DNA from: Ministeria vibrans ATCC 50519
Taxonomy: Eukaryota; Protista; Filasterea
DNA: 51,167 nucleotides
Direction of reading: 5' to 3'
Assembly: GCA_943704425.1 (NCBI GenBank)
Contig: CALSCP010001696.1
Coordinates: 21,504 to 72,670 of the forward strand
The notes under the pieces were generated by a model that had not been told where the DNA came from, searched no databases, and saw only the letters and a program-made list of their open reading frames with translations. The position numbers were made by a program, and so were the translations under genes. Positions 1 to 10,500 of this stretch are shown piece after piece; within the stretch, counting starts at the first letter, position 1, and the number at the start of each line of letters is the position of its first letter.

Positions 1-348
1 GCATTAGAATCAAAAGCGCCGCTGAATCAACGGATCAGGAGGAGCGCTCGGTTGCGCTCCTGTTGGTGGCGAAGCGCCATTTGTAACTGCAAAATTAATA
101 AGAATAAGAAAAATATAATTAATAGAGAATCGAGAGTTGTACTCAATAAGACTTTTTACAAAACAAAAGCACGTTACAATAATTATAATGAAAAAGTAAA
201 TAAAATACCCACTAATAGTTTATAGTTTATAGTAGGAGTAATCATTTATTCGTATTATTGTGTATTATTATTTTACATCATTCCATTATGGGAGACATAG
301 CGTGCGTACAGAAATAATCAGAGAGAAAAAACAAACGAAAAATGTACA

Positions 349-1796
349 TCAGAAGAGGGTTTCGACAAGACGGTGGGTGGGGGGCCCGAGAGCAAGGGCG
401 AGATCGGCGCGGATGCAGTCGAGCACAAGAGACTCCCCGGCCTGCAGGCGCTGTGTGAGAGTGAAGGGCAGGCGTACGACGGGCTCGTCGTCAACAGCAA
501 TGACCTCCATGCCCGCGCGTATGCCCACCCTCCCGGCCGGGCCCTCCTTGTCCAGCTGTACCACTACATATCCCTCCAGCACTATCCCCGCCCACCCGTC
601 AGCGTTGGCCGTCACCCGGTGTGTCGAGTGCAGTGGTTCGCGGCGCAGTAGGTGCAAATTCAGCAGTCGCTCTCGTGCGTCCGTCTTCTCCGCCAGAAAC
701 CGCCACAGTGTCTCAAGTCGGTGTGTTGCCAATCGATTGTCCGACGCGCGCAGGTCCGCTCCGTCTTGTATGCAAAAGACTCGGTCTCCTCGTCGGACGC
801 CTGCAACATCCGCTGGCGAGTCAGGCTCCACGTGACGCACGTACAGTCCTTCAAGCTGATGTAATATAGTAATATATAAAAATGACATGATTGAGTTGCA
901 AAACAACACAAATCAATAAATAAAAAGAATACCGGTGAGTCTATGTCCTTTTGTTTGGCCTGAAAGCGAATGCCGCGCATGAGCAAGCCGATTGATTCGC
1001 CGGCAGGGGGCACCGCAATGCGCGTGATCAAAGGCAGCTCTATGACGCCCTGCTCGACTTTGTCTTTGAGGTCCGCCACAAGGCCCGTTAGTTTCCTGGG
1101 CGGCGTCGGATGGCTTTCGGGCAGCAGAGTATCGACGCTTGCCATGCTGGTGTGCGACCGGACCGACGACACCTCCAGGCGCTGTCTCGTCTGCGATTCC
1201 AACGACTCAAGAAGGTCGCAGAAGTTTCCTCCTTGTGACGCAGACGACATTAGCGACAGGTCGCTGTCCCGGCGCTGTACCGGCAGGTCGTCCTCCACAG
1301 CGGATCGGCCCGCCTCGAGAATCGACAGCGACAAGGCTACGTGCGCCAGAGGGTCACGTCAGTCGTCAGTGCGCATCGGGACAACACATTCCCCAATGCG
1401 GTGCCGCCGAAAAGTGCAACGCAAACACACAACAGCCGCGGAAAACGCAGATCGGGGGTAATACACAGTGGTGTGGGGCGCTCGTGAGGACCCACGAAGC
1501 CATGTTACAAAAAACGCAAAAGCAACCCAAAAAAAAAAAAAAAAAAAAAAAAAGAAGAGAGGAGAGAAATCGCCGATGGACAGAATTGCCTTACCACGCT
1601 CTAAGGATAGGTTTGGCGCCTGGTGGTGTGCTTGATCGGGGGTGTTCTGGCAGGGGTGCGTGTCCGTGCCGTCTGCTGTGCGCTCCGTCGTCCGCGATGG
1701 AGTCAAGGCCAGTGCTGTTGACGTCTCACTTTGGGTCGGGCGAATCGCCCGGCGCATCAGCCGTCTCATGCTGCTCTCTTTCTTCTTGCTCGACAT
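349..1796 (-). CDS. Tandem-PDZ domain protein (syntenin-like PDZ pair), about 3 exons (~1796-1595, 1336-933, 855-349)
   Basis: The spliced reading gives IGLLMRG...LEGLYVRHVEPDSPADVAGVRRGDRVF and GIVLEGYVVVQLDKEGPAGRVGIRAGMEVIAVD, both PDZ-type signatures. GT/AG sites lie at 932/856 and ~1594/1337. The 5' exon is less certain. Confidence 0.7.
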
Positions 1797-1956
1797 GTAA
1801 TGTCCACCCCTCCTCGTCTAAGCCCTCCACAAAGGCAGCGCAGGTTGAAAATTTAGTGCTCAATAGTCAATAGTCAAATTGAATGAATAGTTCCAATTTA
1901 CCTTTTCTTAAATATTTCACTTTCTTTTTTATACCTTTATCTTTTGTTTGTCACCA

Positions 1957-2525
1957 ATGAACGTTCGATCCGTCACTTCAGAGCCTGTTCCTTACCCTCT
2001 CGTTGGAAAGTGCGTGTGTGGCGCAGTGTCTGTGGAAGTTTTAGACAATCCAATGGGAACATACTTCTGTCACTGTACCAACTGCCAGGTATGCGCGATG
2101 CCTTCGTCCGCGTCCATGTTGTGAACCCCGCGCGCGTGCCGTGTCTCCTGTAGAAAGTGATGGCAGGACCTTTTGAGATGGGCGCAATTTTCACTGCAAA
2201 CAATGTCAAAGTGGTTGAGGGAGCAGACGCGATTACGCGCTTCAAAACGTCGCCTGGCTTTGAGCGATGCTTCTGCAAGGTGTGCGGGACGACCATTATG
2301 GGACAGGGTCTGGACGAGAAGATGCCGGTGACGGTGGTTTCAACCGCCTGCTTCGTTGACGCCGACACGCACACTGTCCCCTCCCAGCTGGCCCCCACAT
2401 CCCACCTCTACTACAACTCGCGCATCCTCGACGTGCACGACGACTTCCCCAAGTTCCGCGCCCTCGTCGTCGACGATGCTGGCGCGCTCCTCCAGCCAAT
2501 GACTCCTTCAGAAATCGAAAAGTAA
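1957..2525 (+). CDS. GFA/CENP-V (Mss4-like) zinc protein, 2 exons (1957-2088, 2154-2525)
   Basis: Exon 1 reads MNVRS...GKCVCGAV...YFCHCTNCQ. Exon 2 contains RCFCKVCGT and PTSHLYY. This is the CxC...CHCxxC...RxFCxxCG GFA pattern. The intron 2089-2153 (GT..AG) is phase 0. Confidence 0.85.
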
Positions 2526-2910
2526 ACAATGCGTTCTTTGTGTCTTAATCACCATCTACAGCAACACGACAATCGAAACGAACACATACTTGTGTGTGTA
2601 GAGCTGGCGTTGCTTCTATGCAGACAGAGCCAATGTTTCGCGCACACATACTTTTACTTTCTTTTATTCTTTCTCTTTCTCCATCGCTCTTTTTTCATCA
2701 CGCATACTCTCATTCTCACTCGCAAATACCAAAGTCAAATCTAATCAATTCCAAAACATCAAAAACACAACGGAACACGTCACACACAATGTTACATGAT
2801 AACAAAAAAACCCCCCAACCAAACACAAATCTCTCAAGTCATCCAAAAACACCCAAAAAAAAAGAAGAAAAAAAACTTTGACACACATGAAAAGAAGAAA
2901 AAGGGAGGAG

Positions 2911-5900
2911 TTAGTCGTCCTTAGGCGGAGCAGAGGAGCGAGGGCGATCAGCCTTGGCAGTCGAAGAGGGGCGGTTCGAGCGGCGGTGGGAACCGGAGCG
3001 GGCTCGGCCAGATGGGGCGTCGTCCTTAGTCGAGCCCGCCTCGCTGATGGAGCTGCTGCTGCGCTGGCGCCCCTCCGACACCGAGTTGCTGCGCGACCGC
3101 ACCACCACCTCACGTGTCTTCATCTTCTGCACTTCAATCCCAATCACTCCCTAGATAAAAATAGATCAGTCCAGTCCACTTGCAGTCGCGTTCCTCTTTT
3201 CTCCCCATCACTTGTTCTCTCTCTATCACGTATTATCGCTGTGTTCTTTTTCACACACACACACACACAGACACACATTTTCTCCCCATCACTTGTTCCC
3301 TTTCTATCACGTATCATCGCTGTGTTCTTTTTCACACACACACACACACACACACAGACACACACATAATTTCTCTCCATCACTTTGTTCTTTTTTCCCT
3401 TCGTTCTCTCGAAAACATATTGTGCACCCTCACTCCCCCTCTCATTGGCTCGATTTCCTTCTCTCTTACTGTCGGGATGAGGTCGTTGGCAGTCTTGGTC
3501 ATCTTGATTAGACCCTCCACCTGCGGTGCCATTGCCAGCGGCCGCTTGTCCTTGCGGTAGAACAGATACGCCCAAAACTTCTCAATTCCATACGTCTCCC
3601 CTAGAATTAAAACATCACAACAAAAAAAGAATGAATAAAGATAAAATGACAAGGTTTCGCCTCATTTGAGGGAAGGTACCAAAAGAAATGTCGAAAATGA
3701 CGTCGTCGTGAAACTGCGTGTAGATTTCCTCACGAAATTTCTTCTCAAGGCCATACGAGTAGAAGCGGAAGAGACACTCCAGTCCATACCTAAACGCAAA
3801 TCAAAGCAAAAAAATATATATTATTTAGCATAGTCCGCTTCTCTCTTCCTGTATGTGTAGTGGCGTATACCGATAGCCCCCAGCGGCATCATCCTTGGCC
3901 ACCGTGCGGAATTCCTTGAACATGTTGCGGTTGAAATTGTCGCGCAGGAAGAAGGACCAGAAGCGGAAGAGAGTGTTCATCTCTTGGGACTGGCCAACGC
4001 CCAGACGCTCACGCTCGCGCAGACACTTGACACGGTACTTGGTGTACTTGTGCTGCATGAAGCATTCCGACTTGAGCAACTCGTGGCTGGGGTGCTGGAA
4101 CTTGGACAGCGAATGGTTCGAGTCGAGCGATGCACTGGCGGCCTCCTGGCGCATTTTGAGCGAAAGGGGCGACGGATCCGACGGCGACGGCGACACACCC
4201 AGCTCGGCCGGATCGGTGTGCGGCGACAGGTTTTGCGACTCGTTGCTCATCACCCAGCCGACAGGCTGCTCCTTGACCGGGTTCTTGCCGTACTTAGTCT
4301 TCTTCTTTTTGCCGCCTGACATGGCCGCAGCTGCAGCCATGTTGGCGCCGGCGCCCGCCGGCACCGAGGTCGACAGCGACGACGCCGCTGACGTGTTCGC
4401 CCCACTATCCGACGCATTGGCGCCCGCCTTGGAAGGCAACGGGAAGAAACGCGGCGAGTCCTTGTTGGTGGTGCCACTCTTGGCCGCTCGCGCGGGCGAG
4501 CCACGCCCAATGGACATGCTTTTGCTCTGGTTCTTTTCGCCACGCAGTGCGCGAAATTCCGACTCGTTCACGGTAGCAACCTTGCGGAAGTCCTTCGAGT
4601 CAGACGGGTTCCAGTCCTCGACGTTGCGGCCGTAGTCGTCGTCGTCGGCATCGCGCGCGAGCAAGTCCTGCTCGTAAAAGTACAGACCGTCGTTGATCAT
4701 GCTGGCCCAATCGTCGCTGCGAGCGGAGCGTGACGTGTGTCCGCTCGTTCGGTCACGTCCTTCGTGTTTTGGCGCACGCGGTGGCGTCTGTGTGACGATA
4801 AGCAGCTTGGCGAGTGCCTCGTCGTCAATTTCACCGTCCGACTCGGACTCGTAGTCATCGTAGCGCAGATTGCGCTTGCTGCCCGCCGTATCAAAGTCGC
4901 CATTCGACCCGTCCTCAAACTGGAAGGCAAGGTCTTCGACATCGTCCGCGTCGACGTCGGCGTGACGGATGCCTTGTGGGGTCATGGTGGCACCCGACAT
5001 GGGCGACATGGCGGCCGCCTCAGCGGCATCCTGCGCACTAAACGACCGTGAGTTGGTGGTACGTCTGCGACGGCCCGACACGACCGGTGTCCAGTCGTCC
5101 TGGTGAAGTGGCTGGACGTCCGCAACCGGCGTATCTGGCTCAACCACAATTGAGGGCGCCTTGACGCTAGTGTTGGCGTTGACCGGAGGCGTGGGTGTCG
5201 CTGACTCGGCATCGTCTGCGCCGGTAACCGTGGGTGTCGTTGGAGTAGCGGGCACGGTGTTGTCGCCGGTAGCGAACACAATGGGCGCCGAGAGCTGACC
5301 TGACGCGGCGGCCACGAGACTGGGCACGACCGTGGGCGCACTCTGTGGGTTGAACTCAAAGGATGGCGCCGCAATGTTGAGTTTGCTCGACTGGAGAATG
5401 TCAGTGGTGACAGCCGTGTCGGGCGACGGCGCTGTGGGCGACGAGGCGCTCGGTGTCGCTGCTGAAGGAAGATATGACTTCCAGTTGACGCGCTTGCGCA
5501 CACGGTCACCAGTGACCTCAACGACAAGCGAGCCCTTGAGAGCGTCCGTAATGGAAATGGCGCCGCCATGAGACAAGGAGCGCACTCGGTTGAACTTGCT
5601 GATCACGGCAATGGGCAGGTAGCCCTGATCGTCCATCTGATTGCGCAAGTAGAGGTCGCGCTCGAGGTTCTCAATGCTAAAGTAGTACTCAATTTGGCGT
5701 CGAAGCGCCGCAAGCACCATAGCCTCCTCCTCGGCGGGCGACTGTGCGTAGTAAGCACCGGCGACCGCCATTTGCTGCTGTACATGCATTTGCTGTTGCA
5801 TGTGCTGGTACTGCTGTTGCAATGTCATGGGCGGCACGCCTGCGAGCAGGGGCCCGCCACGGAAGCCCGGCATCATCTCGAGCGGGAAACCCATTTGTTG

Positions 5901-6905
5901 CATGGGCTGCTGCTGTTGCTGCTGCTGCTGCTGTTGCATGTGCTGCTGCATCAGTGGAAGTGCGTGTCCATCGCCAGACTGGGACGTCGCGTCCGCACCC
6001 GAAGCATTGCCACCGCCACCACTGCCGCCACTGCGACCACCGTCGCCGCGACCCTCGCCGCGACCCTCCCGTCGCCCACCACCACCACTGTTGCCACGTC
6101 CACCGCCCGAGCGGCCACTGCCCGAACCTGCGCCCGAGCCTGAGCCGGAGCCCGAAGATGCACCACGGCCGCTGCGAGTGTTTCCAGAAGAGCCCGAGCG
6201 ACCACCACCACCACCACCACCACCAGCGGAGCCGCCACCGGACGAGCCAAAACGAGTGCTGCTGCCGGAGGTACCGCTGCGACCTCCTTCACCGCGCCAG
6301 TTGCTGCTTTTGGAGCCGCCACCGCCGCCCTCTCTCGAACTGTCCCCGTGACGGCGCTCTCGCCCACCAGCGCCACTTCGCCCGGACGAACCGCTCGTGG
6401 CGCTGTGCGAATTGCTGCCGGCACGGTCGCCCTCGTCATCGCCCGTGCCAAGAACCACCGATGGATCCAGCGGCTTGTACTTTCGCTTGCCGCCTTTGCG
6501 CGCACGCAAATCGGTGGATGCTGCACTTGACGAGGCGGGCGCGGCCGCTGACGCAGCGGGTGCGCTCGTGCTTGGCGACGCTTCGGCGGAATCTGTCAAT
6601 GGCGTTCCTGTTTCGCCTGGTGTCGCGGCCGACAGGCCTTGGGTCGGGGCAGACGCCAAGGTGGGCCACTGCGACGGGTCGACTGTACCGGACGGGCGGC
6701 TTGTCGAGGGAGCAGCGGCCGGGGGACGGGAATCCGCGTGTGGCGAAGAAGAATGAGTCTTTTTCCAGGGATTCTCGCGGGGCGGCTCAGACGCAACGGA
6801 AGGCGCCTCCGTTGAGTCGGCCCCACTCGATGGAGCGACGCTTGCCGCGGGGGGCGCACGAGGGTCGTCGGCGTGCCCGTCTTTCACGGCCACTGCGCTG
6901 TCCAT
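2911..6905 (-). CDS. LARP1: La-related protein 1 (La motif, PAM2-like motif, DM15 cap/TOP-binding domain), 4 exons (6905-3871, 3789-3680, 3600-3470, 3150-2911)
   Basis: La motif [21 protein letters not shown]...FNRV. PAM2-like [13 protein letters not shown]. The DM15 repeats HPSHELLK...[33 protein letters not shown] and [10 protein letters not shown] are joined in frame across GT-AG introns. Confidence 0.95.
3197..3390. repeat. Intronic tandem duplication (~81-bp unit x2 plus a partial copy) with (CA)n tracts
   Basis: TTTTCTCCCCATCACTTGTTC...ATCGCTGTGTTCTTTTTCACACAC occurs at 3197 and 3278, with a partial third copy near 3370. Confidence 0.85.
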
Positions 6906-7473
6906 CCTTTTTTTGATGTTTTTTTTTTCTTGCTCTTTTTTGGCTCTGCTTCTTTCTGATTCTTCGGCTTCTCCTCACAGGCGCGGCTATCAGGTATATC
7001 AATAGACAACAGACGAGTGGGGAGGGAAGAGAAACAGAAAAGAAATTCTTTTTTTTTTGGATTGATATTAATTATTTCATTTTCATTTCGGTGTCAATTC
7101 GCACGACGTACGTAAGAACACGCACCAGCAGTACCGGCGTGTGCCTAATCGGATGTCTGCGACACTAGATCGCTGCTTGGCGTGTGGCTGCGTGACTGTT
7201 TTTGTGCTTTTAACGAGGATGTCACCACGGCAAGGTAACTCGCGTAACGGTAACGCGACGTCCGACAGCCCCTGATCAGGTACCTTCCCACCCCCTACTT
7301 CTCAAAAAACCACTCCTGAGGCCCTCTAATGCCCCTAGTTCAGTGCCCTAGTCGTCGGTGGTCGGGTTTCTGGCCTGTAGAGGACAAAAACTTTTGTTGT
7401 TTAAAAAAAAAAAGCGACTTCGCTTCGCCACTAAATTATTTTCTTTTCATTACTCTTTTTAATTATTATTAAT

Positions 7474-7536
7474 TAATTAGGCGGTCTGGCTGTGTCTTCG
7501 TGTGGTGACTGTATCATTAATAAATGGGTTGTATTC
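7474..7536 (+). mobile_element. 5'-truncated non-LTR/SINE-like insertion (63 bp) nested in the transposon, with 14-bp TSD
   Basis: It is flanked by TAATTATTATTAAT at 7460-7473 and 7537-7550. The body AGGCGGTCTGGCTGTGTCTTCGYGTGGTGACTGTATCATTAATAAATGGGTTGTATTC matches 37803-37860 with one mismatch. Confidence 0.8.
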
Positions 7537-7584
7537 TAATTATTATTAATAATAATGTGATGATTATAATACTATTACAATTAT

Positions 7585-10500
7585 TTACAAATCAAGCAGC
7601 TGTTTTGGTTTGCGGGAACGCCCGGAATCTGTTGTGACGCAGCCTAACTGCTGAGCTGCAATCATTCGTGTGCGGTCGGCAGCAGCCGCACGGCTTTGTT
7701 CATGTCGCTGCCGCTGAGCTGCACGCTCAGACTGAAGCAGTTTACACACGGCCTCACGCGCGTCACCCAGCACCCTCTGCTGCTCGCGTGGTGGCATGCG
7801 CAACGCGACTGACGTGCGCTCAAATTGCACTGGACCAACTAGCATTGACAGCTCTATGACACTCTCGCATTCACCAACCTTCATATCCAGCAAAGCAGTG
7901 TCCTTCATTGCAATTGCCTCCTCGCCACGTTTCACGGCAATCGACCATGGCGCCACGTCGTCTTGTGCTTCGCCATCATGATCAGCGTCTTGCAAAAGCG
8001 CGTCCACATCCTCCTTGTCAAGATCTAGGCGGTACTCAAGCTTGAACGGAGCAAAGTTCAGCACAATCTTGTCCCGAATAGCACTTCCAGCGCCTTTAAA
8101 GCTGACGGAGGTAATGCGCTTCCGCAGCGTTCCACCATTCTTGCGGCTGAGAACGAGAAACATGTCGTGCACCCGGCCAAGTTGCACCATAAACACATAT
8201 CGCTCAGGAGCACGGGTATTGTCCATCGCCAACACAGCAACAGTGGACGAGCATAGGATGCGGTCGGGAGCCTCCTGCGTGGCACAGAGGCAAACTCTAG
8301 TCAGGCGATCACCGCTGCTAGTGCGCTCCTCTACGATCCGCTCCAGATGCCGTTTGCTGAAGCGAGCCACGAGGGTAGCTTTGGATTTCGTCCTCGTCCC
8401 ACTCGCGTCGTGGACAAACGGACTGTCGCCAACACTGCGCATGCGGCTAGAACCGGCACCAAAATCATCATCTTGTCCGGCAGCGTTATTTTTGACGAGC
8501 TTGTCAGAGTTGGAGGCGAGGATATTTTGTAAGAATGCGTGTCGTTCAAGCAGCTCATACGCTTCGGTGCTCAGTCCATCGACCGGATTGTCCACAGACT
8601 TCGTATCGGAAGTAAAATCTTTCGGCGCGTCTCCGCTCTCAACCTCGGCCTCGCACTCAATTTCAAGCTGCTGGTCGTATCCGAGTTCCTCCACTGGATC
8701 GAGCTCAGTGTGAGCAGGAATGTGGCTGGAGCGACCGAGTACAGTGGCGTCTGGCAACTCAGAGTCATCCAGCAACCCGTCAGTGTGAGGAGCGCTGGTT
8801 TTTGGTGGCCGTACAGTATCGGCCGGAGTTGAACGACTCTGAGCATCTGTCATCCCCGCCTCAATCTCGACGCCAAACCTCGACTTGTCAATCAGCACTT
8901 CCAGCAGTAGTTCGCGCACATGTTGCTGCTCCCCACGCACCGCGTCATCACACGCCATGATCCGTCTACACAGTTCGCTCGCCGTTCTCTCACCGACACG
9001 CCACGCTGCGCTAACCGTCGCAACGAAAGTGTCCACAGACAACTTGTTGTCGGTACGCTCGCGCTCCCACGCTGCGAGTCCTCCTTCGCAGCCAAAGACG
9101 CTCAGCTGTGCGTACAGCTTCTCCCAGAGCCCAGATTCGCCATGGTACACGTGACGCCGCTGGTGCGTAGAAGCTGTGGTTGGTGCGCTTGGCAGCGCCC
9201 GTGCCATGGCCTGACGGTTGTAAAGGCTGCCGAGAGCCATGGCTTCGCTCGCAGTGAGCGTGACACGACCACGCAAGCCTCCTCTGACGATGCCAAACAG
9301 CGCTTCCACGAGATCATCGCTGCACAAGCGGCTCATGTCAAGGTGTTGGAGAAGAAGTTCGGAGTTGCGGCATCGTACGAGGACACACAGGCGAAGAATG
9401 ATAGCAAGAGAGACTGCCTGGCGCATCTCTTCGAACGTTTGTGCGGTCAAAAAGTTGGCTGATCCCTTGAACAAGTCACCATTGCGCCACGTGTAGAGTA
9501 CCATGGCCACGAAACCGCAGCGGAAAGCGATAGCACGGTCGTTCATTCCACGTCGCATGAAAATGTCAATGAAGGCAGAGCACATCACGCCGTACATCGT
9601 GTAGCCAATAACATTGAAAGACGAAATGTCGTCCACGGGAGGCATACTAAGCAACACATACAAAAGAGGAGGAGAAAAGCTCCGCCACGACTGCGGGACA
9701 CTTTGTGCGTCACCCGAGCCAGGTAGCATGTCGCGCGTAACAACATGCATTGGGAGTTTGCGTACTGCTGAGAAGAGCTGGGAGAGCCCGCCACTCGCGA
9801 TCGAGCTAGCGACAATGTGCTCATCATGCACGCGGGCGACGTCGGTGTGATGGTCTGCCTTGGCTTGCGCCAGGTAGGCAAAATCACCCAGTCCACGCTC
9901 AAAGGAATAGAGCAAGCTGAGAAGACTAACGTCGACCTGGAAGTTGCTGCCAAAGCACAGAGGGTGTGACCGCCTCATCAAATTGCGCAGTCGTTTCACA
10001 ACGTGCTTGTGATCGGGAGCTTGAATCAGCCCGAGGCAGTCCTCAGCGTGCACAAGAACATCAACACCGCCCTCACGCAGGACACCCATCAGCTGGCGCA
10101 TCAGCGTTTGAGTGAGTTTCCCCATGCTGTCATCGCCACTGGAAGATAGTTGTGCTGGTGGTGGCCGGAGTAATTGCGGCTCAAACGCCATCGACGATGT
10201 CACTGCAGCTGGTGGCACACGCTGCGCCTGCAGCACTTTGTATAATTGAGATGCGCCATCGCCTGCCCACGAAATGATCGTCGCCACCCGAGCAAACTTT
10301 TCATTCCGCGTCAGCTGCGCCATCACCTTGTTCTTCACCTCCAGGTAGGTGTGAGAGGTCCACCTACCACACGTGAACAGCATGTGCAGTACCACGCCGC
10401 TCTGGTTGAAGATATCCTTGGAGTCGCGGCCGCCGCGCTGCCTCATCAACCCACCTCCCACAACCACCGGTACGTGCTGGTGAATAAGTGGCATGAGCAC

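Noticed and set aside
1-86. Hairpin AGGAGCGC-N6-GCGCTCCT and a short open frame ending at 86
   Set aside because: Probably the 3' end of a gene outside the window. Too little sequence to call either a gene or an RNA structure.
3895-6916. Long antisense and alternative-frame ORFs over LARP1 (similar ones over the transposase, ARAP and the J-protein)
   Set aside because: Shadow ORFs expected in GC-rich coding DNA, with no domain features.
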